A DNA stretch of 32,000 bases from Promethearchaeum syntrophicum (GTDB lineage: Archaea > Asgardarchaeota > Lokiarchaeia > Sigyniarchaeales > Promethearchaeaceae), in the NCBI RefSeq assembly GCF_008000775.2, contig NZ_CP042905.2, forward strand, positions 4,020,001 to 4,052,000. Direction: 5' to 3'. How positions within the stretch are numbered: the stretch's first letter is position 1; the number at the start of each line of letters is the position of its first letter. The notes under the pieces are model-generated. The model was not told the origin of the DNA. It ran no database searches and was given only the letters and a program-made list of their open reading frames with translations. This document shows, in pieces, positions 26,378-32,000 of this stretch. The translations under genes were made by a program, and so were the position numbers.

Positions 26378-27148
26378 TCAAATGCTTAATCCCCAATTCA
26401 AAATTGGTATTAAATCTAAATTAATTTGTATAAATATTCCAACACCTAAAATTATGGCGTTTAAAACTATAAAACATAGATCTAATAATTTTAATCGCAA
26501 TGGGTAGTAGAAATTGGGAACTTTTTTCACCCCAAAAGCGCGTGTTTCAAGAGCCTCAGCAACATGGTATGCGCGACGTATTGAGTTCATTAGCAGAGGA
26601 ATTAAAAGGGGGAATAAATTCCTTATTTGCTGGATCATCCCCCCTTCTTGAATACGATGCCCTCGAGACTTTTGAGCATTCATAACGATCTCCGTTTCTT
26701 GGGCCATTGTCGGAACAAATCTGAATGAAAGAGATAATGAAAAAGCTGTTGGATAAGGAATGTGCAAAAGAATCAAACTTTGAGTGATATCCTCAGGTAA
26801 AGTTGTCTGGAAATATATCGAAAAAATAATCATCAAAATCAATAACCTAATTATCGTAATTAGCGATTTATTAAAGGAACCGTCCGATGTGTTAGTGTTA
26901 ATAATTAAAATAAAGAAAATAACAAAATATAGCCCTTTTACTCCTTTAAAAAATTGTGACGATAAATTCGCAATTAACATAAGAAGAATTGCTAATAAGA
27001 ATAGGATAATCATTAAAGGTAAAGTTCTAAACATAAAGGCAAGAATTGTATACGTTAATATCATAAATAACTTTGAACGAGGATCTAACCTATGTAAAAT
27101 CGTGTTTTTATGGAGAAAAGAAAATGTTTTTGCAAATTCTAATGACAT
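26378..27148 (-). CDS. ecfT: ECF transporter transmembrane component EcfT
   Basis: 'LHRLDPRSKLFMILTYTI', 'LLIPLLMNSIRRAYHVAEALETRAFG' (EcfT coupling-helix motif), multiple TMs. Confidence 0.88.
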   Translation of the reverse strand: MSLEFAKTFSFLHKNTILHRLDPRSKLFMILTYTILAFMFRTLPLMIILFLLAILLMLIANLSSQFFKGVKGLYFVIFFILIINTNTSDGSFNKSLITIIRLLILMIIFSIYFQTTLPEDITQSLILLHIPYPTAFSLSLSFRFVPTMAQETEIVMNAQKSRGHRIQEGGMIQQIRNLFPLLIPLLMNSIRRAYHVAEALETRAFGVKKVPNFYYPLRLKLLDLCFIVLNAIILGVGIFIQINLDLIPILNWGLSI

Positions 27149-28881
27149 CTTGAAAGTAAATCCTCCAACTGTTTAATATTAAGAATGTTTTCTGGAATCC
27201 AAGGAAAATCCTTATGTAAATCTTTGAAAAGCAAAGTAAAATTATATTTATCTAGAGAAGCTCTCTTTAAAATTGTTGATTGGGTAAATATTTCCTCCAC
27301 ATTTCCATCAGCTAAGATTTTTCCTTTTTCTAAAATAATAATACGAGTCGCTAAATTAGCTACAAACTCCAAATCATGAGAAACTATGATGCTTGTCTTA
27401 TTTTGATTTTGAGCTTGAAGGATCAAATTATTCATTCTCTTTTTATGTTCTGCATCTTGTCCAATGGTTGGTTCGTCAAAAATAAGGATATTCGTATTTC
27501 TGCATAAAATGGTTGCTAAAGATACTTTTTTTCGCTGCCCTCCGGATAAATTAAATGGTGATAAGAGAGAAAGGTCATTTAGGTTAAGATCTCTTAAGGT
27601 TTTTTCAATTCGACTTTTTTCTTCTGCGTCAGATAGCTGTAAATTCTTTAATGAAAACTTAATTTCATCTAAAACTGAATTTAGAAAGAGCTGATGATCT
27701 GGATTTTGAAACATTAAACCAACATTTTTAGCAATTTTATATGTGGGTGAATTTTTAATATTCCTTCCTTGAATCCAAATATTTCCTGTGTTGGGTTTTA
27801 TCAACCCACTTATACATTTTATTAATGTACTTTTACCAGCCCCATTTGGTCCCATAATAGCTACAATTTCTCTTGGAAAAATCGAACAACTGATGTTTTC
27901 TAAAGCTTTTGTGTGATCGGCACTAAATTCATAAGAATGGCTGATATCTTTAAGAAAGATATTTGGATTTTTCTCGTATATTTCTTTTTCCCTTGTTATA
28001 TTATTTGGTTTAAATTCGGCTATTTCGGTATATTTAGAAAAGATTTCAGCCAATTTCTGTTTTTGATCTTCAAAATTTAAAAGGATTTCACCACTAAAAA
28101 AGCCTTCATCCCGTTTTTTTTTTAACCAGTAAATTATCGGGGGTAAATCTAAACCCAAACTGTAAATTATCTCTGAATTAAAAACCGATTTAGCATTATC
28201 ATGTTGAATTATTTTTCCATTATTAATAACGATCATTTCATCTACAAACGGAATAACTGATTCCATTCGATGTTCGGAAATAATAATCGTTTTGTTAAGA
28301 GATGATTGTAGATGTTTTAAAAGATTTAAGATCTCAAAAGAAGTTTTTGGATCCAAATTTGATAATGGCTCATCTAATACCAGAATGTCTGGATCCAAAG
28401 CAAGTAATGAGGCAATCGCAACTTTTTGTTGCTCTCCACCACTTAATTGAAAAGGAGGCCTGTGTCTTAATTTTTCAATTTGAGTTATTGAAATAACTTT
28501 TTCAATTTTCTCCTTGATTTTTTCTTTGGAAAAACCAAGATTTTCAAGACTAAAGGCTAATTCGCGTTCAACATCCATCGAAAATAGCTGATTTTCAGGG
28601 GTTTGAAACACGGTTCCAACAGTTTCAGATAAAAGTGCGGGTGAAGAAGAAATAGTGTCTTTACCTTTAACTTTCATATAACCATAAAATTTGCCTCGGT
28701 AAAAATGGGGTATAAGACCGTTCATAGTCCGAATTAAAGATGTCTTTCCTGACCCAGTTGGTCCGCAAATTAAAACAAATTTTCCTCGGTTGATATTTAA
28801 ATTGATTTCTTTTAGAATATTATCATCTGATGTTTTATATCTGAATGAAACATTAATTGCGGAGATATCAATATCAATCAT
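27139..28881 (-). CDS. ECF transporter double ATPase (EcfA-EcfA fusion)
   Basis: Two complete ABC modules: GPTGSGKTS/LSGGEQQKVA/ILVLDEPLSNLDP and GPNGAGKST/LSGGQRKKVS/ILIFDEPTIGQD. Confidence 0.93.
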   Translation of the reverse strand: MIDIDISAINVSFRYKTSDDNILKEINLNINRGKFVLICGPTGSGKTSLIRTMNGLIPHFYRGKFYGYMKVKGKDTISSSPALLSETVGTVFQTPENQLFSMDVERELAFSLENLGFSKEKIKEKIEKVISITQIEKLRHRPPFQLSGGEQQKVAIASLLALDPDILVLDEPLSNLDPKTSFEILNLLKHLQSSLNKTIIISEHRMESVIPFVDEMIVINNGKIIQHDNAKSVFNSEIIYSLGLDLPPIIYWLKKKRDEGFFSGEILLNFEDQKQKLAEIFSKYTEIAEFKPNNITREKEIYEKNPNIFLKDISHSYEFSADHTKALENISCSIFPREIVAIMGPNGAGKSTLIKCISGLIKPNTGNIWIQGRNIKNSPTYKIAKNVGLMFQNPDHQLFLNSVLDEIKFSLKNLQLSDAEEKSRIEKTLRDLNLNDLSLLSPFNLSGGQRKKVSLATILCRNTNILIFDEPTIGQDAEHKKRMNNLILQAQNQNKTSIIVSHDLEFVANLATRIIILEKGKILADGNVEEIFTQSTILKRASLDKYNFTLLFKDLHKDFPWIPENILNIKQLEDLLSRCH

Positions 28882-29936
28882 TTATTCTCGATCTCTTTTT
28901 TTACAAGCTTTAAAATTTCTGGGACCAATTCGGTCATATAATCCTTGTTTTCATTATTTAAAATACCATATGACCCCGCCGCACCATCATGTCCACCACC
29001 AGAACCATTAAATTTTTCCCCAATAATCTTCATTATCTCTCCTAAATGAAGAGAAGTTTCGCGTATCAAATTTCCTCTGGCTCTTGAAGATATTCTAAAT
29101 TCATGTGTTTTAGGAACATAAGAAATTATAAAGGATACATCAGCACCTAAATCAATTAAGGCTTTACAAGCACTAGCTTCATAACTGGAAACGTGACTAA
29201 ATACAATAATATAATCATGTACATAATAAATTTTTTGAATCCGGTTAGCCCCTTTAATTCGGGCTATTTTTTCTGAACGAGCCATCTTTTTGCTTAGTTT
29301 TTCTGTTACTTCAGATATTGATACTCCTGTTTCAAGTAAGAATTTTGCATTATCTAAGGTTTCTTTTGTAGCATACCGAAAATGTCCAGTATCGGTAATA
29401 ATCCCTGCTAATAATGCTAGGACAATATCACGATTTGGGATTAGTTCTTGTATTTGGTAGAATTTTATGATAATCTCAGCTGTAGATGAACAATCACTTA
29501 GAATGAGAGAACGTTTTACTCGATCATCGAGCTTTATTGGATCGACATGATGATCAATAATAATAATATTTTGAATTTTGGGGGTAGTTTTTTCCTTATT
29601 TATAACCATCCCTAAATCGGAGGTGTCTACAATTATCAATAAATCAATATTTTCAGGAAATTTTTTTGAGAATTTCCATTTTGGGTCTGAAAGTATTTCC
29701 TTGTATACTTTATCAGCAATTTTATTCAAATTTAAGACTATTTCGATTTTTGTTCCTGGGTTTATTTGGGTTAAAAATTCTTTTAACCCAATAACTGAAG
29801 CTAAAGCATCTGGATCTGCATTATTATGTCCAGTTATGACAATTGATGATGAATTTTTTACAGATCTTATTAAATCTGAAATAAATTTTCGAATAGTTAA
29901 ATTTGGATTAATTTCGTTCAACTTGAAAAACCTCAA
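28878..29936 (-). CDS. DHH/DHHA1 family phosphoesterase (NrnA/oligoribonuclease-like)
   Basis: 'VITGHNNADPDALASVIGL', 'IIVDTSDL', 'IIIDHHVDP', 'AGIITDTGHFRYATKETL', DHHA1 'GSGGGHDGAAGSYG'. Confidence 0.88.
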   Translation of the reverse strand: MRFFKLNEINPNLTIRKFISDLIRSVKNSSSIVITGHNNADPDALASVIGLKEFLTQINPGTKIEIVLNLNKIADKVYKEILSDPKWKFSKKFPENIDLLIIVDTSDLGMVINKEKTTPKIQNIIIIDHHVDPIKLDDRVKRSLILSDCSSTAEIIIKFYQIQELIPNRDIVLALLAGIITDTGHFRYATKETLDNAKFLLETGVSISEVTEKLSKKMARSEKIARIKGANRIQKIYYVHDYIIVFSHVSSYEASACKALIDLGADVSFIISYVPKTHEFRISSRARGNLIRETSLHLGEIMKIIGEKFNGSGGGHDGAAGSYGILNNENKDYMTELVPEILKLVKKEIENK

Positions 29937-29976
29937 AAAAATTTTTTTTTACTCTTCTTATCTCAATAAAGATACC

Positions 29977-30336
29977 TTAATATCCTAACTTTTTATTTAT
30001 CTCTTGGATTTTCGCTTTTTGTTCTTCATACTGTTTATTAATACGTTCAACTTGCTTTGTAATACTATTTAATCTAATTTCAAGCTCTTCTTTCTTTTCC
30101 TTTGAAGAAGTGAGTAAAACTGGAACTGAAGATTTAATAAAGATTCCTCCTGCAGATTTGTAAACAATAGCATCTTCCTCAGCGGATTCTAATTCTTTGA
30201 TTGCTGCCTCTTTTTCGGCAAATTGATGTTGTATAGATGATTGTTGTTGCATCATAAACTCCAATTGTTGTTGAATGTTCTGAAAACGCGCGACTTCTTG
30301 TTGATCTTGTTGGGATAAATTTGGTGGTTGACTCAT
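29977..30336 (-). CDS. pfdB: Prefoldin subunit beta
   Basis: 119 aa, two coiled-coil arms flanking 'ELESAEEDAIVYKSAGGIFIKSSVPVLLTSSKEKKEELEIRLNSITKQ'. Confidence 0.9.
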   Translation of the reverse strand: MSQPPNLSQQDQQEVARFQNIQQQLEFMMQQQSSIQHQFAEKEAAIKELESAEEDAIVYKSAGGIFIKSSVPVLLTSSKEKKEELEIRLNSITKQVERINKQYEEQKAKIQEINKKLGY

Positions 30337-30428
30337 ATTTACTTTAAATTAATCATAAAATTTGAAAATTATCAATTTAATTTATTTTGATTTAAAATCA
30401 TAGATTATAATAGAGGAAGGCGAAAGTT

Positions 30429-31238
30429 TTGCGAAAAATCCATATTACTTATAATGCACAAGAAAAGAAGAGAATTACTGAGCCAATTTTATCCAGTAAA
30501 CCAGATGTATTATATTATATTTGTCATCAAGGAGAAATTGAAGATATTTTCTTAAATTATAAGAAAATGAATTTAGAAACGATTAAAAATAATTTGGAAA
30601 ACTGTATAATTATTGAAAATTTTGTTGATTATGTTAATTATTACGATATTATTGGGAATTTAGCAAAGATTATTAGCTCAGAAAACGCAAAAAGCACTGA
30701 AGAAGACATATCTTTCACCATAAATATGGGAACTGGAAGTAAAATGGTTGCTGTTGCAAACTTAGATGCAGGACGTCTATGGGACAATATCAAATTAATA
30801 TATCCCTACTCACTGGATTACAATCCTAATGAAGAATCAACCCATTCAGGAATTCTTATTTCTGCAGAACCTCCCAAGTTTAAATTCGAAAAACCTCCGC
30901 TAGACTTAATAAAAGCAATGCAAATTTTATATTGGTTAATGAAACATGACAAATTTGATAGAGAAAGAGATTTTGTGCTTCAAAGAGATTGGCAAGAAGC
31001 AATATATCGAACGTATAAGATAAGATCTGTCAAGAAAAATATAAATCCTAGAAAACAAGATTCTTCGGAAAAAATATCTATCCTTCGAAGGTTTATTGGA
31101 CCGTTAACAGATAAATGGGGCTTTATTTACCGTAAAAAACAAGGTAGAGATTATAAAGTTTTTTTCACAGATGCGGGTATAAAAATAGTTCTTGTTTTTA
31201 TGAATTACGATTACGGGATTAATTTTCATACAAAATAA
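30429..31238 (+). CDS. CARF-like Rossmann domain fused to winged HTH (DUF6293/HFX_2341-like)
   Basis: 'VHI'-type start 'IHITYNAQEKKRITEPILSSKPDVLYYIC', CARF signature-like 'DISFTINMGTGSKMVAVANLDA', then wHTH-like 'ISILRRFIGPLTDKWGFIYRKKQGRDYKVFFTDAGIKI'. TTG start uncertain. Confidence 0.6.
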   Translation: MRKIHITYNAQEKKRITEPILSSKPDVLYYICHQGEIEDIFLNYKKMNLETIKNNLENCIIIENFVDYVNYYDIIGNLAKIISSENAKSTEEDISFTINMGTGSKMVAVANLDAGRLWDNIKLIYPYSLDYNPNEESTHSGILISAEPPKFKFEKPPLDLIKAMQILYWLMKHDKFDRERDFVLQRDWQEAIYRTYKIRSVKKNINPRKQDSSEKISILRRFIGPLTDKWGFIYRKKQGRDYKVFFTDAGIKIVLVFMNYDYGINFHTK

Positions 31239-31327
31239 GAGTGGAAATATTTATTAAAACAAATTTTTTTAATATCTAATTTACTCGAATATAATAGTAA
31301 ATTGTAAATTTTATTTGGTAGATAAAA

Positions 31328-32000
31328 ATGAGCAGCATTTCAGTTTTAGCCAATAAAGAGAAAACCACTCAAGTATTACAGCAAGCAGAGTATTCTGTCT
31401 ATAATAACATTAGTTCCACGCTTGAAATGTGTTTTGAATTGTTTGCTCGCCATGATACCCCTACTATCCCCACATTATTGATAAAACTTGTAGAAAATAT
31501 CGATATTATAAAACCCTATTTTATACATGAGTTAAAATTACTTAGTAAATTCCTTAGAGCTTTACCACTTATTATTGGAATTGAGAATAGACATGATTTA
31601 CTAAAGGATGATTGTTTATTTATTAGAAAAGGCTTAATTTCAATCAGTATAAATACATTCTCCCATATAATTTCAAATAATCAACTTCCATTAGCAATCG
31701 CTAAAAAAGGGGGATTTTTTGTAGATATTGATGGGGAAAAATTAATTCAACTAAGGAAAAATAAGAATTACTCCAGAAATGATCTCGCAGAAAAACTCAA
31801 AGTATCAGCCAAATCTATTATGCATTATGAAAAAAATGCAATGAGAACATCCACAGAACATGCCCAACATCTTAAAGAAATTTTGGGAGATTCTATTCAG
31901 GTTCCGATCAATACATATGAATATATTAATCAATCCTTCTCTGATTTTTCAGTTAATCCTCAAATGCAAAGAAAAATTTCTGCAAAAAATCGCGAATTAA
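31328..32000 (+). CDS. Archaeal HTH-type (XRE-like) transcriptional regulator, COG1395 family; truncated by window end
   Basis: Own translation, not in the ORF track: MSSISVLANKEKTTQVLQQAEYSVYNNISSTLEMCFELFARHDTPTIPTLLIKLVENIDIIKPY...LPLIIGIENRHDLLKDDCLFIRKGLISISINTF...AIAKKGGFFVDIDGEKLIQLRKNKNYSRNDLAEKLKVSAKSIMHYEKNA..., open to base 32000. Confidence 0.75.
   Translation, partial: MSSISVLANKEKTTQVLQQAEYSVYNNISSTLEMCFELFARHDTPTIPTLLIKLVENIDIIKPYFIHELKLLSKFLRALPLIIGIENRHDLLKDDCLFIRKGLISISINTFSHIISNNQLPLAIAKKGGFFVDIDGEKLIQLRKNKNYSRNDLAEKLKVSAKSIMHYEKNAMRTSTEHAQHLKEILGDSIQVPINTYEYINQSFSDFSVNPQMQRKISAKNREL

Noticed and set aside
26500-28496. Plus-strand ORFs antisense to EcfT/EcfA (26500, 26784, 27185, 27464, 28302)
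   Set aside because: Shadows of conserved ABC/ECF genes.
1-32000. CRISPR array, transposon or tRNA/rRNA search by eye
   Set aside because: No regularly spaced repeats, no transposase-like ORF with terminal repeats, and no T-arm/cloverleaf-like segment found; tRNAscan-SE and Infernal would be decisive.

Overview
This is an AT-rich, gene-dense archaeal chromosomal segment. Archaeal markers are a proteasome-activating nucleotidase, two TFB (TFIIB-like) factors, aPelota, prefoldin beta, a Cgi121-like KEOPS subunit, four-subunit pyruvate:ferredoxin oxidoreductase and a stand-alone GMP synthase PPase subunit. Lineage (possibly Asgard-like) is an inference only. The main blocks are: a DHH phosphoesterase; a VOC protein; an ABC-2 exporter operon ending in an HTH regulator; PAN; the porGDAB operon; two TFB paralogs facing each other across a hypothetical gene and an MBL hydrolase; a GNAT / membrane protein / nucleotidyltransferase / radical SAM cluster; a tandem pair of membrane paralogs; guaA-B; and an 8-gene minus-strand directon (prefoldin beta, DHH, EcfA-EcfA fusion, EcfT, PRTase, Cgi121-like, Pelota, radical SAM). 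The window ends with a CARF-like (DUF6293/HFX_2341-type) wHTH protein and a truncated archaeal XRE-type regulator that the ORF track misses. I saw no tRNA, rRNA, CRISPR array, transposase or clear defense island. The leads I would follow are: (1) a 617-bp intergenic region with nested long inverted repeats and GC-rich hairpins (14208-14824), a candidate structured ncRNA; (2) a radical SAM protein with CX5CX3C instead of CX3CX2C; (3) paired TFBs with an unusual CC-x14-CxxC zinc ribbon; (4) the CARF-like regulator outside any CRISPR locus; (5) a PorD with a displaced first cysteine. No complete new system can be claimed from this window.
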